Positions 1 to 9,096 of a DNA stretch of 64,000 nucleotides are shown here, piece after piece (position 1 is the first letter of the stretch; every line of letters begins with the position of its first letter). Source of the stretch: Chloroflexota bacterium (GTDB lineage Bacteria; Chloroflexota; Dehalococcoidia; SM23-28-2; RBG-16-64-32); assembly GCA_037441345.1 (NCBI GenBank), contig JBBISJ010000006.1, forward strand, positions 3,530-67,529, in the 5' to 3' direction. The notes below the pieces were generated by a model. It made no database searches. It saw nothing but the letters and a program-made list of their open reading frames with translations, and had not been told where the DNA came from. Position numbers and translations under genes: made by a program.

Positions 1-974
1 ACGGCCCGGCGATCCTCGGCACTGCCCGGGCGGTCGCCGAGATAGACGTGTCGGCCACCCTGGCCGAGGTTGCCGCGCAGCGCGCGTACGTCCGGCCGCA
101 GGTAGACGACGGCGACGAGATCATCATTCGCGACGGCCGCCATCCGGTCGTCGAGCTGCAGACCGGTGGCTCAGGTTACGTGCCGAACGACGTCTTTCTG
201 TCCTGCGCGGACGCCCAGGTGATCCTCCTCACCGGCCCGAACATGGCCGGCAAGTCCACGTACCTGCGGCAGGTGGCGCTGACGGTGATCCTGGCCCAAC
301 TCGGTTCCTTCGTTCCCGCCCGGGAGGCCCGAATCGGGATCGTGGACCGCGTGTTCTCACGAATCGGGGCCCTCGACGATATCGCGGCTGGCCAATCGAC
401 GTTCATGGTGGAGATGCTGGAGACAGCCGGCATGCTGCGCGGCGCGACCTCCCGCTCACTTCTCATCTTCGACGAGATCGGCCGCGGAACCAGCACCTAC
501 GATGGGATGGCGATCGCCCGCGCCGTCGCCGAGTACATCCACAACCGGCCGGACGCGCGCCCGCGCACGTTGTTCGCAACGCACTACCACGAACTGACCG
601 AACTGGCGGCGGCCCTGCCACGGGTGCGCAATTTCAACGTCGCGGTCGCCGAAGAGAACGGCGCCGTGGTGTTCCTGCACCGGATCATGCCGGGCGGGGC
701 GGACCGCTCCTACGGCGTTCACGTGGCGCAACTCGCCGGCCTGCCAAAACCGGTCGTGGCCCGCGCGCAGGAGATACTCGAAACCCTCGAGGCCGGCGGC
801 GCCCCGGCCGAAGGGCTTCCACTCGTAGCCCGCGCTCAGCTCTCGCTCTTCGAGCCGCCCGATGACGGGCTGCGACGCGAGCTGGCGGAACTCGAACCGG
901 ACTCGATGACGCCGCTCGACGCGCTCCGCCGCCTGTATGAGCTGGCGGACAAGGCCAGAGCCCTCCGGCAGTGA
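1..974 (+). CDS. mutS: DNA mismatch repair protein MutS, C-terminal ATPase part (5'-truncated by window edge)
   Basis: Walker A TGPNMAGKST, the FATHYHELT motif and a C-terminal helix-turn-helix region; the ORF is open to position 1. Confidence 0.9.
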   Translation, partial: GPAILGTARAVAEIDVSATLAEVAAQRAYVRPQVDDGDEIIIRDGRHPVVELQTGGSGYVPNDVFLSCADAQVILLTGPNMAGKSTYLRQVALTVILAQLGSFVPAREARIGIVDRVFSRIGALDDIAAGQSTFMVEMLETAGMLRGATSRSLLIFDEIGRGTSTYDGMAIARAVAEYIHNRPDARPRTLFATHYHELTELAAALPRVRNFNVAVAEENGAVVFLHRIMPGGADRSYGVHVAQLAGLPKPVVARAQEILETLEAGGAPAEGLPLVARAQLSLFEPPDDGLRRELAELEPDSMTPLDALRRLYELADKARALRQ

Positions 975-1621
975 GATCAGCTGCCGGCATACTCGCACTG
1001 GCCGCTCTGACGCTAGTCGTCGCCTGCGACAGCGGCCCGAAGGCCCCGTCGACCACGACCGGGAGCCCCGCCATTCGGCTGGAGGTCCCGGCCAGCCCAC
1101 CCGAAGCACTTGCCCCGGGGACCTACATCACGACGAACTTTCAGCCGCCGGCCAGCTTCAGGCTGGGCGATGGCTGGTCCGCGGCTGTCGTCGACACCGC
1201 CGCCATTGCCCTGGTGCGCGAGACCCCCGACAGCGACTGCCTCTGCATCGTCCGCCCGGACGGCGTCTTCGATCCGGTCGGCGCCGGACCGGCGGAGCTT
1301 CCCGCGGACCTGACGGTGTGGCTCCAGGAGCACCCCGGCCTCGAGACGACGAACCCCTCTTCCGTTCAGGTGGGAAACCGTGCGGCGCGGCAGATGGAAG
1401 CTCGCGTCGCGGCTGGCGCCACTCTCATCAATGGACGTCTTCCCCTCTTCACGGCCGGTGACCAGGATTACGCGATGTCACCCGGAGACCGGGGACACAT
1501 CATCGTCATCGACCACCCGACCGGCCCGGTCGTCGTGGCCGTCCGCGCCCCCGCGGATTCGTTCGGGGACTACTTCCGCGCCGTCGAAACGATGGTAGGT
1601 TCGCTCGGCTTTAGCGACTGA
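971..1621 (+). CDS. putative secreted lipoprotein (hypothetical)
   Basis: GTG start overlaps the mutS stop (GTGA); signal peptide with a lipobox LVVAC-DSG; no recognisable domain. Confidence 0.5.
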   Translation: MRSAAGILALAALTLVVACDSGPKAPSTTTGSPAIRLEVPASPPEALAPGTYITTNFQPPASFRLGDGWSAAVVDTAAIALVRETPDSDCLCIVRPDGVFDPVGAGPAELPADLTVWLQEHPGLETTNPSSVQVGNRAARQMEARVAAGATLINGRLPLFTAGDQDYAMSPGDRGHIIVIDHPTGPVVVAVRAPADSFGDYFRAVETMVGSLGFSD

Positions 1622-1710
1622 CAGCAACGTACCATCCACAAACCGGTGCCAGTTCCTTCTTCAGGCGCGCCGGTCGTCCCCGTTACAATCGCCGCGAGGT
1701 AGCCTGCCCT

Positions 1711-3483
1711 TTGCCGATCCGAATCCTCCCCGCCGCCGTCGCCGCCCGCATCGCCGCCGGGGAGGTCGTCGAGCGCCCGGCTTCGGTAGCCAAGGAACTC
1801 GTCGAGAACTCCCTGGACGCGGGCGCCTCTGCCATCTCAGTGGAGATCGCAGCCGGTGGCACGCTGCTCATCCGCGTCACCGACGACGGCTGTGGCATCG
1901 AAGCGGACGAGATCGAGCGCGCGTTCGAGCGCCATGCCACAAGCAAGCTCGCGGACGACGCCGACCTCGAACGGATCCTCACGCTCGGTTTCCGCGGCGA
2001 GGCCCTGCCCTCGATCGCCGCCGTAGCCGATGTTGAGATCGTCTCCCGGCCGCTCGGAGCGGACGCCGGCGCGTTCCTCCGGCTTCGCGACGGCCTGCCC
2101 ACTGATTCCGGGAGCCGCGGCGCGCCCGTCGGCACCACCATCCGCGTCGAGAAGCTCTTTGAGCGGCTCCCGGCCCGCCGCAAGTTCCTTCGCTCCACCT
2201 CTGCCGAGACGAACGCCGTCGCCTCCGCTGTCAGCCACTACGCCCTGGCCTATCCCGAGGTCCGCTTCCGGCTCGTCGTGGATGGACGGCAGACGTTCCA
2301 CACGCCCGGAAGCGGCGACCTCCGCGACGCGGCGGCGGCCGTGTACGGACTGGATACGGCCGCCGCGCTGCTGGTCGTCGGCCTCGCGCGAGACGATCTC
2401 GACGGCCAGGGTGGCCCCGGCGCCAGCGTCTCCGGGCTGGCCGGCCCGCCGCACCTCTCGCGTGCCTCCCGCAACTACATCAGCCTCTTCGTCAACCGCC
2501 GCTGGATCCAGAACCGCCGCCTCGCTTTCGCGGTCGAAGAGGCCTACAGGGGGATGCTGATGGTAGGCCGGCACCCGGTCGCCATCTTGAACCTGAATGT
2601 TCCCTGCGGTGAGGTGGACGTGAACGTGCACCCGACGAAGGCCGAGGTGCGCTTCCGCGACGAATCGGCTGTCTTCGGCATCGTCCAGAAGGCCATCCGC
2701 GCCGCTCTCGTTGAGCATTCCCCGGTCCCGGCCGGCGCCCGCGAAGCAGCGACCATCGAACCTGTCCCAACGCTGAGCATGTCGCCTCTCCCCTGGTCGC
2801 CCCCGCTCTGGGAAGCCGCCGTACGACGGGAGGCCGCCGCGACGACCACCGGCAGCGTGGCCGGAATCGTCGATAACGACGGCGGGCCAGGCAGTGGCGC
2901 CACGATCGGCGAGGCGCTGCCGGTCCTCCGCGTAATCGGGCAGTTCGGCGGCGTCTACATCATCGCCGAGGGTCCGGACGGCATGTACCTCATCGACCAG
3001 CACGCTGCCCACGAACGGGTTCTCTACGAACGGTTCGCGTCAGCGCGGGCCCTGCAGTCGCCGGACGTGCAGGGCCTCCTCGAGCCCGTGGCGCTGGAAC
3101 TCCCGGCGCGTCAACGCGCCCTGATCGACACCGAGGGCGAATCCATGTCGGGCCACGGCTTCGAGCTTGAGCCGTTCGGAGAGGCGTCGCTGCTCGTGCG
3201 CGCCCTCCCCCGCGCCCTCGCCGCCGGCGACCTCCGCGAGAACATTGCGCGCTTTCTGGACGTGATGCTGGAGGAGGGGGAATCCGACGGGCGCGACCGC
3301 GTCGCCATGTCGCTCGCCTGCCACGGCGCTATCCGCGCCGGCAAGACACTGGCACCGGATGAGATGCGGGACCTCGTCCGCCAGCTCGAGGCAACCGAAA
3401 CGCCGCACACCTGCCCGCACGGGCGGCCCACGATGGTTCACGTCAGCGCAGAGATGCTGGCGAAGGGGTTCGGCCGGCGATAG
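1711..3483 (+). CDS. mutL: DNA mismatch repair protein MutL
   Basis: N-terminus [39 protein letters not shown] (GHKL ATPase); TTG start; a TACAAT -10-like hexamer about 22 nt upstream. Confidence 0.9.
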   Translation: [590 protein letters not shown]

Positions 3484-3498
3484 CCAGCGCGTTTGGGG

Positions 3499-4974
3499 TC
3501 AGGGCGTTCGCCCAGCCCGGCGCTCGTACCAGCGGACCAGCTTCGCGATCGCGTTCCCCGCGCGGGGAATACTGGGAAAGACCGGGAAGCCCGCACGCCA
3601 CAGCCGCTCCTGGAGCACTGACGCGCGCTCCATTCCTTCCACGTCGAGCGGCGGACGCAACACAATAACAACCGGGACGCCGCAGGCATCGCGGCCGCGC
3701 ACAACCTGATCCACCACCATGTCGACCAGCTGCTCCGGGTTGAAGCCGCCCATGCCCCGCAGAGCACGGCGCCCCGCGCCCAGGCTAACGCTGGCGTGGA
3801 ACATCACCGCGTGGATGTTCGGCGCGCCGCCGGTCAGCGCGATGGTGCGCTCCAGGCTCGGCGGGTCATACGTCGCCATCGTATCCACGGGATTTCGGAC
3901 ACTGGTCCCGGCCGCCGGCGTGAACTCGCTGAGCGCGGCCTGCACATCGGCCGGCAGCGGCGGGCATTCGAGCCCCGCCTCGTCGATCTCGTCCGCCGCG
4001 TGAACGCTGAAGCCGCCACCACCGCCGACAACCGCCACACCGCGTCCTTCCGGCGGCGCCATGAAGCGGAAGGCCGTGACGACGTCAACCATCTCGTCAA
4101 CGCTGTTCACGCTGACCGCGTTCACCTGCCGGCAGAGCGCCGCGAACACCTCGGCCGAGCCGGCGAGGCTTGCTGTGTGCGACATGACGGCACGCGTCCC
4201 CGCCGCGGTGCGCCCGCCCTTCAGAATGACCACGGGCTTGATCGCCGCGGCCTTCTTCAGCGCGCTGAAGAAGCGCCGGCCGTCCCTGACTCCCTCCACG
4301 TACGTCGCGATCACCTCGGTCTCCGGGTCCCCCGCCAGGTAATCCAGTAACTCCGACTCACCGAGGTCGGCCGCGTTCCCGTAGCTCACAACTTTCGAGT
4401 ACCTGATCCCGCGCACAGCGGAGGTGAAGATCATGTCGCCGGCATTCCCGCCGCTCTGGGAGACGAATCCAACCGCGCCGCGCTCAACCGGCGACCCCGG
4501 CATGAAGGCAAGCCCGCTGCCCGGCACGTAGAGCCCCATGCAGTTCGGGCCGATCGCGCGGATACCCGCCGCCGTCACCTTCGCGATCAGGCGCCTCTCC
4601 ATCGCCGCCATCTCCTCGTCGCCGGTCTCCGTGAACCCGGCGGTGAAGAAGTGGATGCTCCGCACACCCTTGGCGATGCAGTCGTCCACTAAGGCGTCGA
4701 CCACGCGAACCGGGACACAGGAGATGACGTGGTCGACCGGCCCGGGGATGTCACGGACGCCCGGGTAGCAGCGCAGCCCCTCGATCTCGTCGTACTTCGG
4801 GTTGACCGGATAGAGGTTCTCGCAGCCGGCTTCCTTGCAGGCGAGGAGAAAGCCCAGGCTGACGCCGCTGAACCCCTTCACCGCCTTTGAGACGCCCACG
4901 ACCGCGACGGACCGGGGGTGGAAGATCTCGTCCAGCGATGCGGACGGCCGCGAAATCGTATCTTCGGTGGTCAT
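3499..4974 (-). CDS. CoA-binding / acetate--CoA ligase (ADP-forming) family protein, alpha-type domains
   Basis: CoA-binding N-terminus (VAVVGVSKAVKGFSG), a succinyl-CoA synthetase alpha-like glycine-rich region (VSQSGGNAGD) and a second flavodoxin-like half. Confidence 0.75.
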   Translation of the reverse strand: MTTEDTISRPSASLDEIFHPRSVAVVGVSKAVKGFSGVSLGFLLACKEAGCENLYPVNPKYDEIEGLRCYPGVRDIPGPVDHVISCVPVRVVDALVDDCIAKGVRSIHFFTAGFTETGDEEMAAMERRLIAKVTAAGIRAIGPNCMGLYVPGSGLAFMPGSPVERGAVGFVSQSGGNAGDMIFTSAVRGIRYSKVVSYGNAADLGESELLDYLAGDPETEVIATYVEGVRDGRRFFSALKKAAAIKPVVILKGGRTAAGTRAVMSHTASLAGSAEVFAALCRQVNAVSVNSVDEMVDVVTAFRFMAPPEGRGVAVVGGGGGFSVHAADEIDEAGLECPPLPADVQAALSEFTPAAGTSVRNPVDTMATYDPPSLERTIALTGGAPNIHAVMFHASVSLGAGRRALRGMGGFNPEQLVDMVVDQVVRGRDACGVPVVIVLRPPLDVEGMERASVLQERLWRAGFPVFPSIPRAGNAIAKLVRWYERRAGRTP

Positions 4975-5116
4975 ATCCAGGAGGCCATCAACCTTAACGT
5001 GCGCGTCAGGTTTCGCGTTGCAGCCTATCAGGGCGCGGGCGCAGGGGTCAAACGGCGTTACCTGAAGAGGCGGCCAATCGGCCGCCTCTTTCCGTTCCTG
5101 CTTCGCCGGACAGCGC

Positions 5117-6160
5117 CTAGCTCAGCCCCATCTCCTGCTTGACGCCGGCCACCGCCTCGACCATGACGCGGAGCTTGTCTTCGCTCTCCTCGACGGTCCG
5201 CGTCTTGAGGCCGCAGTCGGGCAGTACCCAGATCCGCTCGGGGGGCAGACGCTTCAGCGTCCGCCGCAGCCCATCTTTTACCTCGTCAACGGTCTCCGTG
5301 AACCGGGTGTGCACGTCGGTCACGCCCAGCCCCAGGTCCTTGGCGTCGTCATAGCCAAACTCGTCGATCAGGTCAAGGTAGGCGAAATCAGTGTTCTTGA
5401 ACGCCAGATGGATCTGCTTCACGGGCAGCCGCAGCATCGCCGGGTAGATCTTCTCGACTTCGCCGTAGCAGATGTGCGTGTGGAACTCCGCGTCGATGCC
5501 GTCCACCGTGACGTGCATCGCCTCGACGGCCATGTCGAAGTCGGTGTCCGGGCGCGTGTGGATCGCGGGCTCGTCGATCTGGATGTACTTCGCGCCGGCC
5601 TCGACCAGCGCCTCGACCTCACGCCGGATCACCTTCGCCATGTCGAGCACTGCGTCGCGGCGCGACGGGTAGTGCTCGTCGAACGACCACTCCACCATCG
5701 TGTAAGCGCCGGTGAGCATCCCCTTGACCGGTCGCTCCGTCAGGCCCTGCGCGAACTTCCACATGTCGACCGTCATCGGCCCCGGCCACTCGAGCCGGTC
5801 GAAGATGATCGGCTTGTGATAGTAGCGATTGCCATACGAGCGCACCAGTCCACCCAGCTTCATCCCCTTGATCGGCGTCCCGCCCGGCTCCCCCGAGAAG
5901 TAAGCGACCATGTCGCCGCGCTCCATCTCGCCGTGGACGAGGACATCCAGGCCCACCTTCTCCTGGACGCGGATCCAGTACTCGGTCGCCTGCTTCTCCA
6001 GCCTGTCCAGCTCCTCGCGGCCGATCTTGCCCTGGGAGAACTCCGTGCGTGCCTTTGCCAGGTAGTCTGGCTTGGCGTAGCTACCGACGGCCGTCGTAAC
6101 GAGCGTCGTGGGCACGCCGCTCCAGGTCGTTGTTCGCCCGCTTGTCTGCTGTGTAACCAT
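5117..6160 (-). CDS. metE: cobalamin-independent methionine synthase, catalytic (C-terminal-type) domain protein
   Basis: Zn-binding motifs HTHICYGE and LPDCGLKTRT, plus IQIDEPA; about 347 aa, a single-barrel MetE-like protein. Confidence 0.8.
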   Translation of the reverse strand: MVTQQTSGRTTTWSGVPTTLVTTAVGSYAKPDYLAKARTEFSQGKIGREELDRLEKQATEYWIRVQEKVGLDVLVHGEMERGDMVAYFSGEPGGTPIKGMKLGGLVRSYGNRYYHKPIIFDRLEWPGPMTVDMWKFAQGLTERPVKGMLTGAYTMVEWSFDEHYPSRRDAVLDMAKVIRREVEALVEAGAKYIQIDEPAIHTRPDTDFDMAVEAMHVTVDGIDAEFHTHICYGEVEKIYPAMLRLPVKQIHLAFKNTDFAYLDLIDEFGYDDAKDLGLGVTDVHTRFTETVDEVKDGLRRTLKRLPPERIWVLPDCGLKTRTVEESEDKLRVMVEAVAGVKQEMGLS

Positions 6161-7134
6161 TACGCCGGCACTCCTTCCGCTCGCTTCGCGCCTTCCACGA
6201 GCACTTTCAGCTTCTCGAACGCCGTCTCCCGCGGCAGGTACTCGACGCCGCAGGACGGGTTGAGGTAGAGCCCGTCCGCTGGCACCAGGGCAGTCACACG
6301 CTCCACGGCGGCGGCGATCTGATCCGGCGTCTCGATCCTGGTGTTGCGTCCGTTAATCGCTCCGAACCCGAGCTTCTTGCCGAAACTCACCTTCGCCAGC
6401 GCCTCCCAGTTGGCCGGGCCAGCAACGAAGTCGAGTCCGATCACATCCGCCGGCGTATCGAGAAGCGCATCAAGAATACCCCCGCAATCGCCGAACCAGG
6501 TGTAGATGCCGGTCTCAGCGTTGACGCCGTCAAGCATCCGCGTCAGCGCGGCCGTGAACGTCCCCACCTGGTCCTTGTTCTTCACGATCATCGGATCGTT
6601 CACCTGGATGTGCGCGCAACCGGCGTCCACGAGGGCATCGATCTCGCTCCGCAGCGCCTCGGCATACGCCAGTGCCAGGCGGTTCCTGTCGTTATAGTGC
6701 TTGTCCAGCGAGAGGACAGCCAGCGTGAACGGGCCCGGCAGGATAGCCTTCACCGGGCGGCTGCTGTTCTCCTGCGCGAACCGCCAGTCCGCGGCGAGCA
6801 CCGGCTTCTGCCAGCCGATCTCGCCGACTACCTCTGGCTCGCGGAAGTAGGTGTTCGTATCCATGTACCGCTGCAGGCCGCCGATCTCGACGCCTTTGAA
6901 GTTGCGCGCGACATAAGTCTGGTCGTCGTCCCAGCGCACCTGGCCGTCCGTGATCACGTCGATCCCGGCGTCGATCTGCTCCTGGATCACCTCGATCGTG
7001 ACCTCGTTCCGCACCTGCTCGAGTTCTTCGTTGGAGAGCTCCCCGCGGTCGCGCTTGTTGATCGCATTGCGCAGCCGCGCCGGCCGGGGACGGTTTGGAA
7101 TTTTGGGATAGTTGCCTACGACTGTTGTCTGCAT
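6160..7134 (-). CDS. MetE N-terminal-domain-like protein (non-catalytic UroD/MetE barrel); its stop overlaps the start of the downstream metE-like gene
   Basis: MQTTVVGNYPKIP start, preceded by an AAGGAG Shine-Dalgarno 6 nt upstream; MetE-fold similarity but it lacks the His-x-Cys zinc motif (YTWFGDCGG, NPSCGVEY); the ORF in the track is extended to 7185 without support. Confidence 0.7.
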   Translation of the reverse strand: MQTTVVGNYPKIPNRPRPARLRNAINKRDRGELSNEELEQVRNEVTIEVIQEQIDAGIDVITDGQVRWDDDQTYVARNFKGVEIGGLQRYMDTNTYFREPEVVGEIGWQKPVLAADWRFAQENSSRPVKAILPGPFTLAVLSLDKHYNDRNRLALAYAEALRSEIDALVDAGCAHIQVNDPMIVKNKDQVGTFTAALTRMLDGVNAETGIYTWFGDCGGILDALLDTPADVIGLDFVAGPANWEALAKVSFGKKLGFGAINGRNTRIETPDQIAAAVERVTALVPADGLYLNPSCGVEYLPRETAFEKLKVLVEGAKRAEGVPA

Positions 7135-7431
7135 ACAGCTCCTTGTGACTGGCGGGGCCGGGGGGGGCGGCCCGCATCTTGCCACTGTAGCTTATCGTGG
7201 CCGGAGCGCGGGGTCGAGTGCCCCAATGACACCTGGCTCTTGGAGATCCACAGCCATGCGCGGCATCATGTGCCGGACATGCTGTCGGGCAATACCCTAC
7301 CTGAGGACATGCCAAATTTCCTAACTGAAGTATTGCTTATTGTCATTGACACACCTACGATATTAGCAGAGGCTAATATGCATCCGATGGCTCCGACAGA
7401 TGCACCAGCCGCTAGGAAGCAGACTCTTTAA
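7135..7431 (-). promoter_or_regulatory. long 5' leader/promoter of the split metE operon; a GC-rich hairpin lies just before the SD; candidate riboswitch, class not assignable
   Basis: about 300 nt of non-coding sequence upstream of a methionine-synthase gene; GCGGGCCG-C7-GGCCCCGC hairpin adjacent to the AAGGAG SD. Confidence 0.3.
7360..7379. promoter_or_regulatory. AT-rich palindrome ATATTAGC-AGAG-GCTAATAT upstream of the FTR1 permease gene; candidate metalloregulator (DtxR/IdeR- or Fur-like) operator
   Basis: perfect 8-bp arms around a 4-bp spacer, about 55 nt upstream of the 7432 start, in a GC-rich genome; 12 of 18 positions match the IdeR box TTAGGTTAGGCTAACCTAA. Confidence 0.35.
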
Positions 7432-8295
7432 ATGACGTTCTCGTTCCTCGTAACCGCCAGGGAAGGGCTGGAGATGGCCCTCATCGTTACGATCTTGCTC
7501 GGCTATCTCCGGTCGGTGGACCAGAAGCAGCACTTCCGGGCTATCTGGGCCGGCGTCGCTGCGGCAGTGGCCATCTCGGTCGGCTTCGCCGCCGGCCTTG
7601 AGATCGCCTCCCGCGAACTCGACGGCCGCGTGCTGGAGGCGTTCGAGGGCTTTACGATGCTCTTTGCCGTTGGCGTCCTGACGTGGATGCTGTTCTGGAT
7701 GCGCAGCCAGTCCACCGGGATATCCAGGGACCTGCGGGCCAGGATGGACCTGGCCCTTTCGACCGGGTCCGTCACGGCCCTCGCCCTTCTCGCGTTCTCC
7801 TCGGTTGGGCGCGAGGGCATCGAAACTGCCCTGTTCCTCTTTGCCGGGTCGACCAACCAGGGATCGGACATGTCCTTCCTCGTGGGCGGCCTGCTTGGCT
7901 TCGGCGTGGCGGCCGCCGCCGGAGTCGTCATCTACTACGGCTTTGCCACACTCCCACTCAAACACTTCTTCAGCGTTTCTGCAGTCGTCCTCATGGTCCT
8001 CGCCGCAGGCCTTCTCACGAACGCTCTGACCGAACTGCACGAGGCCACGATCATCCCCGACCTCGGTGTGCGACCCTGGGACACCGAGGAGACGCTCCCC
8101 ATGACTTCCGACCTCGGCAAGTTCCTCCACACCGTCCTGGGATACGACTCCGCACCCGCGATCAGCCAGATCGCCCTCTACTGGTCATACATCTCGCTGG
8201 CCTTGGCCGCCTACTTCGCCTTACCCCTGGTCCTTCCGGCGCGGCCGCCCGCCCGGGCCATGACCCCTGAACCATCACAAGCAACGCCCCGATAA
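7432..8295 (+). CDS. FTR1/EfeU-family high-affinity iron permease
   Basis: two REGxE motifs (TAREGLEMALIV and GREGIETALFLFAG) in transmembrane segments; about 7 TM helices. Confidence 0.7.
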   Translation: MTFSFLVTAREGLEMALIVTILLGYLRSVDQKQHFRAIWAGVAAAVAISVGFAAGLEIASRELDGRVLEAFEGFTMLFAVGVLTWMLFWMRSQSTGISRDLRARMDLALSTGSVTALALLAFSSVGREGIETALFLFAGSTNQGSDMSFLVGGLLGFGVAAAAGVVIYYGFATLPLKHFFSVSAVVLMVLAAGLLTNALTELHEATIIPDLGVRPWDTEETLPMTSDLGKFLHTVLGYDSAPAISQIALYWSYISLALAAYFALPLVLPARPPARAMTPEPSQATPR

Positions 8296-8318
8296 CAGGC
8301 TAGAAGGGAAACTACAGG

Positions 8319-9083
8319 ATGTTTCGTACCGCAGTGACCGCTTGCCTCGCACTGCTCGCACTCGCCATCGCCGCCTGTTCCGCAAGTGGTGAAGGCGGCC
8401 GCGAAATCCTCATCACTCAGACGGACGACGGCTGCACGCCTGAGTCAGTGGTGGTGAAGACGGGCGAGAAACTGAAGCTTACAGGAAAGAACGAAAGCGG
8501 CCAGACCTACGAACTCGAAGGCACCAACGGGACCCGGCTCGAGGAGATTCTGATTCCGGAAGGCCGCAAGCGCTCCGTTGGCTACGCGGTGCCTGACGAA
8601 GAGGGTACTTACGACGTCAAGTGCTACCAGCCCGGCGGGAAGTCCACGATCATCAAGCTCGTCGCCACTGCGGCCGGCAAGGCCGGCTCTGACGGGTCCG
8701 CCGATCCGGCCGGCGAAAGCGCGAACGAGCCCGAGATCGTCGGGGGGAACGACGACCCTGCCGACGATACCGTAGCTGTCCAGTTGTCAGAGTACGAGGT
8801 GTCAGCGGACAAGCTGACGGTAAAGGCGGGCAACATTGAGTTTGCGGCTGTCAACACCTCAGCCCGTGAGGTCCACGAACTGGCCGTTCTGCAGGTCAAG
8901 GAGTCAGGCGGCTTCAACGTCATCGGCGAGATCGAGGATATGCCTCCAGGGACTGATGCGTCGGTCCGGCTGAAGCTGGAGCCCGGTTCCTATGAACTGG
9001 CGTGCCTGATCGTGCCCGGAGAAGAAGGCAGCACCGCCGACCACTACGCCGAAGGCATGCACACAGCCTTTACCGTCGAATAG
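8319..9083 (+). CDS. lipoprotein with two cupredoxin-like domains (FtrB/EfeO-N-like partner of the FTR1 permease)
   Basis: lipobox LAIAAC-SAS; C-terminal Cys...His...Met copper-site-like motif (ACLIV...HYAEGMHTAF); immediately downstream of the FTR1 gene. Confidence 0.55.
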   Translation: MFRTAVTACLALLALAIAACSASGEGGREILITQTDDGCTPESVVVKTGEKLKLTGKNESGQTYELEGTNGTRLEEILIPEGRKRSVGYAVPDEEGTYDVKCYQPGGKSTIIKLVATAAGKAGSDGSADPAGESANEPEIVGGNDDPADDTVAVQLSEYEVSADKLTVKAGNIEFAAVNTSAREVHELAVLQVKESGGFNVIGEIEDMPPGTDASVRLKLEPGSYELACLIVPGEEGSTADHYAEGMHTAFTVE

Positions 9084-9096
9084 CGCTGGGCCGCGC

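Noticed and set aside
176-3012. Long antisense/overlapping ORFs on the opposite strand of mutS and mutL (e.g. 456..1109 -, 685..1074 -, 1837..3012 -)
   Set aside because: They are typical high-GC artefacts with Arg/Pro/Ala-rich low-complexity translations, no SD and no domain signal. The mutS and mutL frames have clear homology.
5040-5075. Hairpin GAGGCGGCC-AATC-GGCCGCCTC downstream of the catalytic metE-like gene as an intrinsic terminator
   Set aside because: The U-tract is poor on the relevant (minus) strand (UUCAGGUAAC), so it is not called. It may still act as an RNA-end hairpin.
7171-7190. B12-box-like heptamer GCCACTG on the + strand near the metE-like gene
   Set aside because: It is in the wrong orientation for the minus-strand metE operon, and it lies in the region rejected as the 5' extension of gene 6160..7185. 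The surrounding sequence does not match cobalamin-riboswitch cores (no GGGAAG / AGTCAGGAGACC elements), so a chance occurrence is more likely.
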